Of a stretch of 64,000 bases of DNA, positions 55,236-64,000 are shown in pieces. A program made the position numbers and the translations under genes. Positions within the stretch are counted from its first letter, which is position 1. The number at the start of each line of letters is the position of its first letter. Under the pieces are notes generated by a model. The model had not been told where the DNA came from. It ran no database searches and saw only the letters and a list, made by a program, of their open reading frames with translations. The DNA lies in NCBI GenBank assembly GCA_027067965.1, contig JAMOUV010000032.1, positions 114,315 to 178,314 on the forward strand, written 5' to 3'. The stretch is from Flavobacteriales bacterium (lineage in GTDB: Bacteria > Bacteroidota > Bacteroidia > Flavobacteriales > Flavobacteriaceae).

Positions 55236-58200
55236 ACCAAATATATATAACCGGTTTGTACGTGTTTGTTATTTTGTTTGTCGTAATAAGTTAAAATGTA
55301 ATAATACGTACCCGAAGACAATTTAAGTCCGTTCGAACTGATGCCTTCGAATTTAACGGATGAATTATCATATCCTTTTCCTTCCCATACTTTGTTTTGC
55401 CAACGATTGAATATCGTAACGGTTACGTCATGAAAATAATTGACATTTTCAAGATACAAAAATTCGTTTGCTCCGTTTCCATTGGGAGAAACTCCGTTAT
55501 AAACTATTATGCCATCCACATCATTAGGATCGGTATCCAAATAATCGGGAATGCCGTCGCCATCAGAATCCATTGCATCTTCGGGTTCGCCATTTCCGTT
55601 GTCATCGGGATGTTCGTCCGCTGTTAAAAGCGAATCGTTATCATCATTATTATCCAAATAATTCGGAATGGTATCGCCGTCCGTGTCGTCGTTCATGGGA
55701 TTGCCGTCTTGCGGATATACATGGGGCAAGGCCACATCTTCATAAATCGTATAAATACCGTCGCCGTCATCGTCTATATCGTGATAATCCGGCGAAGTGT
55801 CGTTATCCGTATCACGGGCATCGTCGGGATAACCGTTGGCATTGTTATCCGGTTGTTCGCTTGCCGTAGGCACATGGTCGTCGTCATCGTCCGTGTCTTG
55901 GAAATCGTTCGTGCCGTCGCCATCCCAATCCTGCAAGGTATAAGTAATCGTACCGCTGTCCACCGGGTTTTCCAAACTATTTAGCAATCCGTTTACACCT
56001 ACCGCGCCATCCACCCGGCCGTCATAATTGGCATCCGCCGCACCGTGGCCGGCCTCACCCAAATCATACAAGCCGTCGCCGTCGCTATCCAAATCGAAGA
56101 AGTCGGGAATACCGTCGCCGTCCGTGTCGTAACCCGGCTCTATCTGACCGTTGTCATCGCCGGTCGAGGCATTCATGTCGTCGTCATCCAAATAAAGCGG
56201 TACGCCGTCCGAATCGCCGTCCGTCAAAGGATCCATTCCCGATTGAGTCTCATCCACATCCAAAATACCGTCGTTATCGTCGTCGATATCATATATATCG
56301 GGTACGCCGTCATTATCTTCATCATGCAAAGTATCATTATAAGCATCCAAGTAATCGGGAATACCGTCGCCGTCCGTATCCACCGCATCTTCCGGTTCGC
56401 CGTTGCCGTTGGGGTCGGGCTGTTCATTGGCGGTTAATATACCGTCATTATCGTCGTCGTCATCCAAATAGTTCGGTATGCCGTCGCCGTCCGTGTCGTC
56501 GTTCAACGGGTTGCCGTCTTGCGGATAGGTGTGCGGCAAGGCCACGTCTTCAAATACCGTATATATGCCGTCGCCGTCATCATCTATATCGTGATAGTCC
56601 GGCGAAGTGTCGTTGTCCGTATCGCGGGCATCATCGGGATGGCCGTTGCCGTTGTTATCCGGTTGTTCGCTTGCCGTAGGCACATGGTCGTCGTCATCGT
56701 CCGTATCTTGGAAATCGTTCGTGCCGTCGCCGTCCCAATCCAACAAGGTATAGTTAATCGTTCCGCTGTCCACCGGATTTTCCAAACTGTCCAAAAAGCC
56801 GTTCGCTCCCACATTGCCGTCCACACGGCCGTCGTGGTCGGCATCCGCCGCACCGTGGCCGGCCTCGGCCAAATCGTACAAGCCGTCGCCGTCACTGTCC
56901 AAATCCAAAAAGTCGGGAACGCCGTCGCCGTCCGTGTCGTAACCCGGCTCTATCTGACCGTTGTCGTCGCCGGTCGAAGCGTTCGTGTCGTCGTCATCCA
57001 AATAAAGCGGCACGCCGTCCGAATCGCCGTCCGTGAGCGGGTCCGTACCCGAAGGCGTTTCATCCACATCCAAAATACCGTCGTTATCGTCGTCGATATC
57101 GTCTTCGTCGGGCACGCCGTCGTTATCAGAATCCACGCGGTCGTCCGTAGGATCCAAATAATCCGGAATACCGTCAGCATCCGTATCCACCGCATCTTCC
57201 GGCTCGCCGTTGCCGTTGGGGTCGGGCTGTTCATTGGCGGTATTGATGCCGTCGTTATCGTCGTCGTCATCCAAATAGTTCGGTATGCCGTCACCGTCCG
57301 TGTCGTCGTTTAACGGGTTGCCGTCTTGCGGATAGGTGTGCGGCAAGGCCACGTCTTCAAATACCGTATATATGCCGTCGCCGTCATCATCTATATCGTG
57401 ATAGTCCGGCGAAGTGTCGTTGTCCGTATCGCGGGCATCATCGGGATGGCCGTTGCCGTTGTTATCCGGTTGTTCGCTTGCCGTAGGCACATGGTCGTCG
57501 TCATCGTCCGTATCTTGGAAATCGTTCGTGCCGTCGCCGTCCCAATCCAACAAGGTATAGTTAATCGTTCCGCTGTCCACCGGATTTTCCAAACTGTCCA
57601 AAAAGCCGTTCGCTCCCACATTGCCGTCCACACGGCCGTCGTGGTCGGCATCCGCCGCACCGTGGCCGGCCTCGGCCAAATCGTACAAGCCGTCGCCGTC
57701 ACTGTCCAAATCCAAAAAGTCGGGAATGCCGTCGCCGTCCGTGTCATAACCCGGCTCTATCTGACCGTTGTCATCGCCGGTCGAAGCGTTCGTGTCGTCG
57801 TCATCCAAATAAAGCGGTACGCCGTCCGAATCAGCGTCCGTGAGCGGGTCCGTACCCGAAGGCGTTTCATCCACGTCCAAAATGCCGTCGTTATCGTCGT
57901 CGATATCGTCTTCGTCGGGCACGCCGTCGTTATCAGAATCCACGCGGTCGTCCGTAGGATCCAAATAATCCGGAATACCGTCAGCATCCGTATCCACCGC
58001 ATCTTCCGGTTCGCCGTTACCGTTGGGATCGGGCTGTTCATTGGCGGTTAATATACCGTCATTATCGTCGTCGTCATCCAAATAGTTCGGTATGCCGTCG
58101 CCGTCCGTGTCGTCGTTCAACGGGTTGCCGTCTTGCGGATAAGTATGTGGCAAGGCCACGTCTTCAAATACCGTATATATGCCGTCGCCGTCATCGTCTA

Positions 58201-60697
58201 TATCGTGATAGTCCGGCGAAGTGTCGTTATCCGTATCGCGGGCATCATCGGGATGGCCGTTACCGTTGTTATCCGGTTGTTCGCTTGCCGTAGGTACATG
58301 GTCGTTGTCATCGTCCGTATCTTGGAAATCGTTCGTGCCGTCGCCGTCCCAATCCAACAAGGTATAGTTAATCGTTCCGCTGTCCACCGGATTTTCCAAA
58401 CTGTCCAAAAAGCCGTTCGCTCCCACATTGCCGTCCACACGGCCGTCGTGGTCGGCATCCGCCGCACCGTGGCCGGCCTCGGCCAAATCGTACAAGCCGT
58501 CGCCGTCACTGTCCAAATCCAAAAAGTCGGGGGTGCCGTCGCCATCCGTGTCGTAACCCGGCTCTATCTGACCGTTGTCATCGCCGGTCGAAGCGTTCGT
58601 GTCGTCGTCATCCAAATAAAGCGGTACGCCGTCCGAATCGCCGTCAGTGAGCGGGTCCGTACCCGAAGGCGTTTCATCCACATCCAAAATACCGTCGTTA
58701 TCGTCGTCGATATCGTCTTTATCATAAATGCCGTCATTATCCGAATCCACGCGGTCATCCGTCGCATCCAAATAATCCGGAATACCGTCGGCATCCGTAT
58801 CCACTGCATCTTCCGGCTCACCATTATGATTCGGGTCCGCTTGTTCATTGGCGGTTAATATACCGTCGTTATCGTCGTCATTATCCCGGTAATTAGGAAG
58901 ACCGTCGCCATCGGTATCATCATTGGCCGGATTTCCGTCCTGCGGGTAAGTATGAGGCAAAGCCACATCTTCGAATACGGTCAATAAACCGTCATTATCA
59001 TCATCCACATCCAAGTAATCGGGATAAGCATCGAAGTCCGTGTTTCTTGCATCGGCAGGGTCACCGTCATGGTTATTATCCGGTGCTTCAAGTAAAGTTA
59101 ATACATGGTCGTTATCATCATCATTATCAAGATAATTGGGTATGCCGTCGCCGTCCGTATCATCATTCATCGGATCGCCGTCTTGCGGATAGGTATGAGG
59201 CAAGGCCACATCTTCATGAATGGTATAAATTCCGTCGCCGTCATCATCTTTATCAATATAATCAGGAATATCGTCACTATCGGTATCTTGTGCGTCTTCC
59301 GGTTGATAATTGGAATTCGGGTCGGGATTTTCATTTACGGTTAATACATGGTCGCCGTCGTCGTCTATATCAAGGAAGTTATAATCTCCGTCCGCATCGG
59401 TATCTAAAATCGTATAATTCAAATTCCCCGAATCCACAGCGGTTTCCACCACATCGGGCAAACCGTTATTTCCTACGGGACCATCCACCATGCCATTGAC
59501 ATCGGCATCGGTTCCGTTATGTCCCGCCTCAAACATATCATAAACACCGTCAGAATCCGACTCCAAGTCCCAATGATTGGGGATTCCGTCCAAATCATAA
59601 TCATATCCCGCTTCAATGTTTCCGTTAGCGTCCCCGATAGTCAAGTTACTGTCGTTATCATCCAAATAAATCGGCACCCCGTCATTATCTCCGTCATAAA
59701 GCGGATCTATACCGTAGGGATTTTCCTTTTTATCGGGAATTCCGTCATTATCATCATCCAAATCTATATTATCCGCAATACCGTCGTTATCATGATCGAC
59801 CAAGGAATTATTGTCCAAATAATCCGGAATGCCGTCGCCGTCCGAATCACTTGCATCGGCCGGATCACCGTCATTATTATCATCGGGATGTTCGTTCTTG
59901 GTTAAGATTCCGTCGTTGTCGTCATCCGTATCCAAATAATTGGGGATGCCGTCGCCATCGGTATCATCATTCATCGGATTTCCGTCTTGCGGATAAGTAT
60001 GCGGCAAGGCCACGTCTTCATTGACGGTAAAAATACCATCGCCGTCGTCGTCACTATCACGAAAATCGGGAAGTGTGCCGCCATCGGTATTTTGAGCATC
60101 CTCCGGATAGCCGTTTCCATTGGGGTCGGGATTTTCATATACGGTAGGCACATGATCACCATCATCGTCCGCATCCAAAAAGTCATATACTCCGTCGGCA
60201 TCCGTGTCTCGCAAGGTATAGTTTAAATTTCCACTATCGGTAGGCGATTCCAAATAATCTATTAAACCGTTGGAACCTACCTGGGTATCCAAATCGCCAT
60301 CCAAATCAAAATCGGGTGTAAGCGTTGCACCCGATTCTGCCACATCCCAAATTCCGTCCCCGTCACTGTCTTTATCCAGAAAATTAGGAATACCATCATT
60401 ATCCGTATCAAAGCCGGGTTCAATCAGTCCGTCCGTATCGCCTATACCGGCGTTTGAATCATTATTATCCAAATAATACGGTACCCCGTCGCCGTCCGAA
60501 TCCATAAGCGGATCGATACCACCACTCTCCAAGGTATCGGGAATACCGTCGTTGTCATCATCTATATCCAAAATATCCGCTATTCCGTCGCCATCAAAAT
60601 CGGACAGAACGCTAAACGAAAAATTTTGGGCTTGAATGTAATGAAATGAAATAAGAAAGACTGCAAGGATAAAACTATGGGAGGTTTTCTTTAACAT
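55229..60697 (-). CDS. giant (1822 aa) Asp-rich thrombospondin-type-3-repeat (Ca-binding) protein with a T9SS type B C-terminal sorting domain
   Basis: Signal peptide [24 protein letters not shown] and dozens of DxDxDGxxDxxD units ([24 protein letters not shown]). The CTD reads [18 protein letters not shown]...[13 protein letters not shown]...[11 protein letters not shown]...TGYIYLVW. Confidence 0.9.
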   Translation of the reverse strand: MLKKTSHSFILAVFLISFHYIQAQNFSFSVLSDFDGDGIADILDIDDDNDGIPDTLESGGIDPLMDSDGDGVPYYLDNNDSNAGIGDTDGLIEPGFDTDNDGIPNFLDKDSDGDGIWDVAESGATLTPDFDLDGDLDTQVGSNGLIDYLESPTDSGNLNYTLRDTDADGVYDFLDADDDGDHVPTVYENPDPNGNGYPEDAQNTDGGTLPDFRDSDDDGDGIFTVNEDVALPHTYPQDGNPMNDDTDGDGIPNYLDTDDDNDGILTKNEHPDDNNDGDPADASDSDGDGIPDYLDNNSLVDHDNDGIADNIDLDDDNDGIPDKKENPYGIDPLYDGDNDGVPIYLDDNDSNLTIGDANGNIEAGYDYDLDGIPNHWDLESDSDGVYDMFEAGHNGTDADVNGMVDGPVGNNGLPDVVETAVDSGNLNYTILDTDADGDYNFLDIDDDGDHVLTVNENPDPNSNYQPEDAQDTDSDDIPDYIDKDDDGDGIYTIHEDVALPHTYPQDGDPMNDDTDGDGIPNYLDNDDDNDHVLTLLEAPDNNHDGDPADARNTDFDAYPDYLDVDDDNDGLLTVFEDVALPHTYPQDGNPANDDTDGDGLPNYRDNDDDNDGILTANEQADPNHNGEPEDAVDTDADGIPDYLDATDDRVDSDNDGIYDKDDIDDDNDGILDVDETPSGTDPLTDGDSDGVPLYLDDDDTNASTGDDNGQIEPGYDTDGDGTPDFLDLDSDGDGLYDLAEAGHGAADADHDGRVDGNVGANGFLDSLENPVDSGTINYTLLDWDGDGTNDFQDTDDDNDHVPTASEQPDNNGNGHPDDARDTDNDTSPDYHDIDDDGDGIYTVFEDVALPHTYPQDGNPLNDDTDGDGIPNYLDDDDDNDGILTANEQPDPNGNGEPEDAVDTDADGIPDYLDPTDDRVDSDNDGVPDEDDIDDDNDGILDVDETPSGTDPLTDADSDGVPLYLDDDDTNASTGDDNGQIEPGYDTDGDGIPDFLDLDSDGDGLYDLAEAGHGAADADHDGRVDGNVGANGFLDSLENPVDSGTINYTLLDWDGDGTNDFQDTDDDDDHVPTASEQPDNNGNGHPDDARDTDNDTSPDYHDIDDDGDGIYTVFEDVALPHTYPQDGNPLNDDTDGDGIPNYLDDDDDNDGINTANEQPDPNGNGEPEDAVDTDADGIPDYLDPTDDRVDSDNDGVPDEDDIDDDNDGILDVDETPSGTDPLTDGDSDGVPLYLDDDDTNASTGDDNGQIEPGYDTDGDGVPDFLDLDSDGDGLYDLAEAGHGAADADHDGRVDGNVGANGFLDSLENPVDSGTINYTLLDWDGDGTNDFQDTDDDDDHVPTASEQPDNNGNGHPDDARDTDNDTSPDYHDIDDDGDGIYTVFEDVALPHTYPQDGNPLNDDTDGDGIPNYLDDDDDNDGILTANEQPDPNGNGEPEDAVDTDGDGIPDYLDAYNDTLHDEDNDGVPDIYDIDDDNDGILDVDETQSGMDPLTDGDSDGVPLYLDDDDMNASTGDDNGQIEPGYDTDGDGIPDFFDLDSDGDGLYDLGEAGHGAADANYDGRVDGAVGVNGLLNSLENPVDSGTITYTLQDWDGDGTNDFQDTDDDDDHVPTASEQPDNNANGYPDDARDTDNDTSPDYHDIDDDGDGIYTIYEDVALPHVYPQDGNPMNDDTDGDTIPNYLDNNDDNDSLLTADEHPDDNGNGEPEDAMDSDGDGIPDYLDTDPNDVDGIIVYNGVSPNGNGANEFLYLENVNYFHDVTVTIFNRWQNKVWEGKGYDNSSVKFEGISSNGLKLSSGTYYYILTYYDKQNNKHVQTGYIYLVW
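55624..60600 (-). repeat. whole repeat zone: about six homologous units of roughly 269 aa (outer units divergent, unit 2 carries an extra sub-repeat)
   Basis: The motif series DDDNDGI.D..E...G.DPL, IE.G(Y/F)D.D.DG.P.F.D.DSDGDG, NYT(L/I).D.D.DG and DVALPH.YPQDG.P.NDDTDGD recurs along the protein. Confidence 0.7.
56431..58851 (-). repeat. three nearly identical 807-bp (269-codon) in-frame tandem repeats inside the giant gene
   Basis: The landmark cggttaatataccgtc recurs at 56431, 58045 and 58852. The middle boundary at 57238 carries a variant, cggtattgatgccgtc. Antisense ORF starts at 56519, 57326 and 58133 are spaced exactly 807 nt apart. The translated units differ at only a handful of residues. 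Confidence 0.9.
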
Positions 60698-60839
60698 GCA
60701 TATTAATTTAATATGCTAAGATAATAAATTTTTAGATAATCAAAACAATTTTTATGAAATGATTTAACAGGTTCGAGCACTTATGTCAAGTATTCGTCCA
60801 AATAATTAAAAAAGCGAGGTGTTTCGGTTTAAACAAAAA

Positions 60840-62435
60840 CTACTTGGCTACATTCACCATTCGCGTTTCGCGGATAACCGTCACTTTCACTTGACCGGGA
60901 TAGGTCATGTCGTTCTGAATTTTTTGAGCGATTTCATAAGAAAGTTGCTTGGCCCTTTCGTCATCCACCTTATCACTTTCCACAATTATTCGCAGTTCGC
61001 GGCCCGCCTGAATGGCATATGCTTTTTTGACGCCTTCAAACGAGAAGGCCAATTCTTCCAATTCTTTCAAACGCTTAATATACGATTCGAGCACTTGACG
61101 CCTTGCACCGGGACGCGCTCCCGAAATAGCGTCGCAAACTTGAATAATGGGGGCATAGAGCGATGTCATTTCAATTTCATCGTGATGGGCGCCGATGGCA
61201 TTGACCACTTCGGGAATTTCGCCGTATTTTTCGGCCCATTTCATACCCAATAAAGCGTGAGGCAAATCGGTTTCTTCTTCGGGAACTTTACCGATATCAT
61301 GCAATAAGCCCGCACGTTTGGCTATTTTGGGATCAAGCCCCAATTCGGAGGCCATGATGGCGCTCAGTTTGGCTACTTCTTTGGAATGCTGAAGTAAATT
61401 TTGCCCGTAAGAAGAACGATATTTCATCCGGCCGATGGTTTTGATAAGTTCGGGATGCAAGCCGTGAATGCCCAAATCGATGACGGTTCGCTTACCGATT
61501 TCATAGATTTCTTCTTCGATTTGTTGACGTGTTTTTTCCACGACTTCTTCAATACGTGCCGGATGGATGCGTCCGTCGGTAACAAGTTTATGCAAAGCCA
61601 GACGGGCAATTTCCCTTCGCACGGGATTAAAACTGGACAATACGATGGTTTCGGGCGTATCGTCCACGATAATTTCCACGCCGGTTGCGGCTTCAAAAGC
61701 CCTGATGTTCCGGCCTTCACGTCCTATGATGCGGCCTTTCATTTCGTCATTTTCGAGGTGAAATGTGGTTACACTGTTTTCAATCGCTTCTTCGGTACCT
61801 ACACGTTGGATGGTATTGATAATGATTTTTTTCGCTTCAACCTGGGCGGTCAATTTCGCTTCTTCTAATGTTTCTTGAATATACACCATGGCTTCGGCCT
61901 TTGCGTCATCTTTTAAGGCCTCGATCAATTCGTTTTTGGCTTCTTCGGCCGAATAACCCGCCACTTCTTCCAATTTACGGAGATGTTCGGTATGAATTTT
62001 TTGGAGTTCGGCATTTTTCTTGTTGAAAAATTCCACTTTTTCGTCGTATTCCTTCAATTTTTGTTGAAGTTCTTCGTTAAGTTTTTGCTGGCGGGACAAG
62101 GCCATGGATACTTCCGCTTCCTTGGTTTTTACTCTTTTTTCCGCTTCGGTTATTTTTCTGTCACGCTCCAGGATAACTTTTTCGTGCTCGGCTTTGAGTT
62201 CGAGAAATTTTTCTTTTGCCTGAAGTATTTTTTCTTTTTTGATGGCTTCTCCTTCGTTGCGGGCATTTTTAAGTATTTGTCCGGCTTTTTCCTTGGCTTC
62301 TTCTATAATTTTTCCGGCTTCGTTTTTGGCTCTGTTCAGTATGCTTTCGGCATCTTTCTTTTCCAAAACTTTCTTAATGGCAAATCCGGCAATGAGTCCG
62401 ATAACGATTCCGATAAGTATGTATAATAATTCCAT
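60840..62435 (-). CDS. rny: ribonuclease Y
   Basis: N-terminal TM helix, a long coiled coil, a KH domain ([26 protein letters not shown]) and an HD domain (LLHDIGK, GAHH). Confidence 0.95.
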   Translation of the reverse strand: MELLYILIGIVIGLIAGFAIKKVLEKKDAESILNRAKNEAGKIIEEAKEKAGQILKNARNEGEAIKKEKILQAKEKFLELKAEHEKVILERDRKITEAEKRVKTKEAEVSMALSRQQKLNEELQQKLKEYDEKVEFFNKKNAELQKIHTEHLRKLEEVAGYSAEEAKNELIEALKDDAKAEAMVYIQETLEEAKLTAQVEAKKIIINTIQRVGTEEAIENSVTTFHLENDEMKGRIIGREGRNIRAFEAATGVEIIVDDTPETIVLSSFNPVRREIARLALHKLVTDGRIHPARIEEVVEKTRQQIEEEIYEIGKRTVIDLGIHGLHPELIKTIGRMKYRSSYGQNLLQHSKEVAKLSAIMASELGLDPKIAKRAGLLHDIGKVPEEETDLPHALLGMKWAEKYGEIPEVVNAIGAHHDEIEMTSLYAPIIQVCDAISGARPGARRQVLESYIKRLKELEELAFSFEGVKKAYAIQAGRELRIIVESDKVDDERAKQLSYEIAQKIQNDMTYPGQVKVTVIRETRMVNVAK

Positions 62436-62453
62436 AATTTTAATTTTTTAAAT

Positions 62454-62648
62454 AAAAAGCCCGCATTTACCGAGAAAGGAAACCCCCTGATCGGTAGGTT
62501 TAGGGCTAACCTGAGGTTCAAACGTCCGCCGGAAAACTTGCGTTTTCTTCCGTCTTCGAAGGACGGAATGCGGCCTGTTTTCCCCCCACGGACTCACCCT
62601 TTCTAATGAAATGGTGTTGAGGTTCCTTCTTATGGATAAATGCAGGCC
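62454..62648 (-). ncRNA. candidate structured RNA of about 190 nt between zapA and rny: 6S-like rod, or alternatively an rny 5' leader
   Basis: The ends pair (62459-62469 with 62637-62647, and 62473-62484 with 62621-62630). Internal helices are GTCCG/CGGAC and GGAAAAC/GTTTTCC, with a terminal hairpin TCCGTC-7 nt-GACGGA at 62549-62567. Two C-A mismatches on the plus strand become G-U pairs on the minus strand. A U5 run follows the closing helix on the minus strand. Confidence 0.5.
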
Positions 62649-62677
62649 GGATTGTTCTTGGTTATCAAAGTAAAAAT

Positions 62678-62965
62678 TTATTCTGATTCCAATTCTTTCT
62701 TTATTTTGTCAATTCCCTTGCGGCATTTTTCTTCCAAATCCTTCTTTTCCTTATTTAATACGGCTTTCTCTGCAATTTCGTAAATGAAATATTTAATAAT
62801 GGCGTCCAGTTCGTTTTCGAATTCATAGGTATTTTTAAAATCCGAAAATCTCCGGTTCACCTTTTTAACTTCTTCACGGACAATGGCTTCATATTCAGGC
62901 AGAATGATTAGAGGAATAATTCTTCCTGCCAAGTTGATGTTGATTTTTACATGCCTATTGTCCAT
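62678..62965 (-). CDS. zapA: ZapA-like cell-division protein
   Basis: The 95-aa protein has VKININLAGRIIPLIILPEYEAIVREEVKKVNRRF, which resembles the ZapA N-terminal pattern (I.I.GR.Y.L....EE..L..AA..V), followed by a C-terminal helix. Confidence 0.65.
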   Translation of the reverse strand: MDNRHVKININLAGRIIPLIILPEYEAIVREEVKKVNRRFSDFKNTYEFENELDAIIKYFIYEIAEKAVLNKEKKDLEEKCRKGIDKIKKELESE

Positions 62966-63251
62966 ATTTCAGATTTGTCAATATCTTATCAATTAATGAT
63001 ATTAATCGGTTTATCTGTTGTTTTGCCGCATCGTTCGTGCGGAACCGGCCTACAAATTCATTGGCAAATAAATCTCCGGCTTTTTCATGCAACCGGTCAT
63101 CCAATTGCCTTCTAAGTGATTCCGCTTCCGATTTCAAAAGATCGTTTTCTTTTTTCAGGTTTTCGTTTTCCTTTTGTAAACTACGGATTTTGCTTTTAAG
63201 TTTTCGAATCTCTTTCAGGATAAAATCCAAGTCCTTAGAAACAAAATCCAT
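62955..63251 (-). CDS. small coiled-coil protein of unknown function
   Basis: A 98-aa heptad-rich sequence (LKSKIRSLQKENENLKKENDLLKSEAESLRRQL). It overlaps the zapA start by 11 nt. Confidence 0.6.
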   Translation of the reverse strand: MDFVSKDLDFILKEIRKLKSKIRSLQKENENLKKENDLLKSEAESLRRQLDDRLHEKAGDLFANEFVGRFRTNDAAKQQINRLISLIDKILTNLKYGQ

Positions 63252-63304
63252 AAGTTATACTTATACACGCAAATTTACACTTATTTTTTTATTCATACAA
63301 ACCG

Positions 63305-63337
63305 TTTGTCAGCATGGGCATTAAGTTCGTATCTTTG
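63305..63337 (+). promoter_or_regulatory. candidate Bacteroidota promoter for the gldB-like gene (-33 TTTG, -7 TATCTTTG)
   Basis: TTTG at 63305-63308 and TATCTTTG at 63330-63337 are separated by a 21-nt spacer. The ATG lies 23 nt downstream of the -7 box. Confidence 0.45.
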
Positions 63338-63359
63338 TAAATCGAAAAATTGAGGGCGA

Positions 63360-64000
63360 ATGAAGCATATATGGAAAATATTATTTTTCAGTTTAATTCT
63401 TTTTTCATGCAAGGAGAAAAATCCGTTGGATATCGATGTATCGAAAATCGATGCCGAAGCAAAAATCATTCGTTTCGATACTATTTTTTACGGAAATAAT
63501 CCCGAAAATTTGCCCCGAATCAAAAAACAATTTCCTTATTTATTTCCTTCGTCAATTCCGGATTCATTGTGGCGAAAAAAAATGACCGACAGTTTGTTTA
63601 TTGATTTGAAAAACGAAGTCAATCGCATTTTTCCGGACTCATTAGGCGTTGAAAATGAGTTAATTAATCTTTTTAAGCATGTCAAGTATTATTTTCCTAA
63701 AAGAAATGAACCCGTCATAATAACCATCTACTCGGATTGGGATTATTTGAAAAAGGTTTATTTAAGCGATTCTTTGGCATTTCTTTTTCTTGACAATTAT
63801 TTAGGAAAAGACAATCCGGTCTATGACGGCATTCCAATTTACATCAGGCAAACTATGCGCAAAGAATATATACCCGTTGATTTTGCAGCCCGTTTTGCAG
63901 AACAAATCGTTCCTTACCCTTCCACCAAAGATTTTCTCCATAAATTGATTTATCACGGGAAACTGCTCTATCTGCAAAAGGCCTTTTTGCCACAAACACA
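63360..64000 (+). CDS. gldB: GldB-like gliding-motility lipoprotein, 3' end outside the window
   Basis: The frame is open from the ATG at 63360 to the window end. It is absent from the ORF track because no stop codon falls within the window. It opens with MKHIWKILFFSLILFSCKEK (lipobox). The blocks IIRFDTIFY, FPYLFP, LFKHVKYYFP, LDNYLGKD and LIYHGKLLYL match my recollection of Flavobacterium GldB. Confidence 0.6.
   Translation, partial: MKHIWKILFFSLILFSCKEKNPLDIDVSKIDAEAKIIRFDTIFYGNNPENLPRIKKQFPYLFPSSIPDSLWRKKMTDSLFIDLKNEVNRIFPDSLGVENELINLFKHVKYYFPKRNEPVIITIYSDWDYLKKVYLSDSLAFLFLDNYLGKDNPVYDGIPIYIRQTMRKEYIPVDFAARFAEQIVPYPSTKDFLHKLIYHGKLLYLQKAFLPQT

Noticed and set aside
56431-58851. The regular 807-bp periodicity, considered as a CRISPR-like or mobile-element repeat.
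   Set aside because: The repeats are contiguous and in frame, with no spacers, and they encode the protein's super-repeats. I saw no short repeat-spacer arrays or terminal inverted repeats anywhere in the window.
55397-60476. Many long plus-strand ORFs (up to 264 aa, for example 56519..57313, 57326..58051, 58133..58858) and other-frame minus-strand ORFs inside the giant gene.
   Set aside because: They are antisense or off-frame readings of a GAC/GAT/GGC/AAC-rich repeat, whose complements (GTC/ATC/GCC/GTT) contain no stop codons. The translations are low-complexity V/I/R strings that repeat with the same 807-nt period. The minus-strand frame with a signal peptide, TSP3 repeats and a T9SS CTD is the coherent one.
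60780-60839. Possible terminator downstream of rny (CGAAACACCTCG followed by a T6 run on the minus strand).
   Set aside because: The stem is only about 3 bp on the transcribed strand, too weak to call.

Overview
This 64 kb window looks like a chromosomal segment from a Bacteroidota, probably Flavobacteriia-like, organism. The taxon call rests on PorP/SprF genes, T9SS type A and type B C-terminal sorting domains, a GldB-like lipoprotein, TAnnTTTG-type promoter boxes and A-rich leaders without Shine-Dalgarno sequences. Most of the window is densely packed housekeeping: aroC, pdxJ, tatA, pgk, pgi, sucC, lpdA, add, pepN-like, aroE, rsmB-like, rny, one tRNA-Gln, and peptidoglycan-turnover enzymes. 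Five things stand out. (1) Two paralogous three-gene T9SS modules (type-B cargo, PorP/SprF-like, TPR/beta-propeller/OmpA protein) sit at 12.4-16.8 kb and 52.6-60.7 kb. The second carries a 1822-aa, extremely Asp-rich thrombospondin-type-3-repeat protein built from 807-bp tandem repeats, three of them nearly identical. (2) An AT-rich tandem array of small lipocalin-like lipoprotein genes lies at 22.6-24.9 kb: four intact and one decayed, plus a dispersed sixth copy at 3.5 kb. The copies have homogenised ends and divergent cores. (3) A tightly packed Ctp protease / degenerate-Rieske lipoprotein / 993-aa receiver-plus-PEP/pyruvate-binding (ATP-grasp) gene run has no obvious known function. (4) A roughly 190-nt rod-like structured RNA candidate lies between zapA and rny, and is either 6S-like or an rny leader. 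(5) Several smaller oddities include an alkyltransferase-like protein lacking the acceptor Cys, an ATE/Bpt-like protein and perfect palindromes in promoter regions. I saw no CRISPR array, IS element, integrase, prophage or recognisable defence system. All functional calls come from motif recognition by eye, with no database search.
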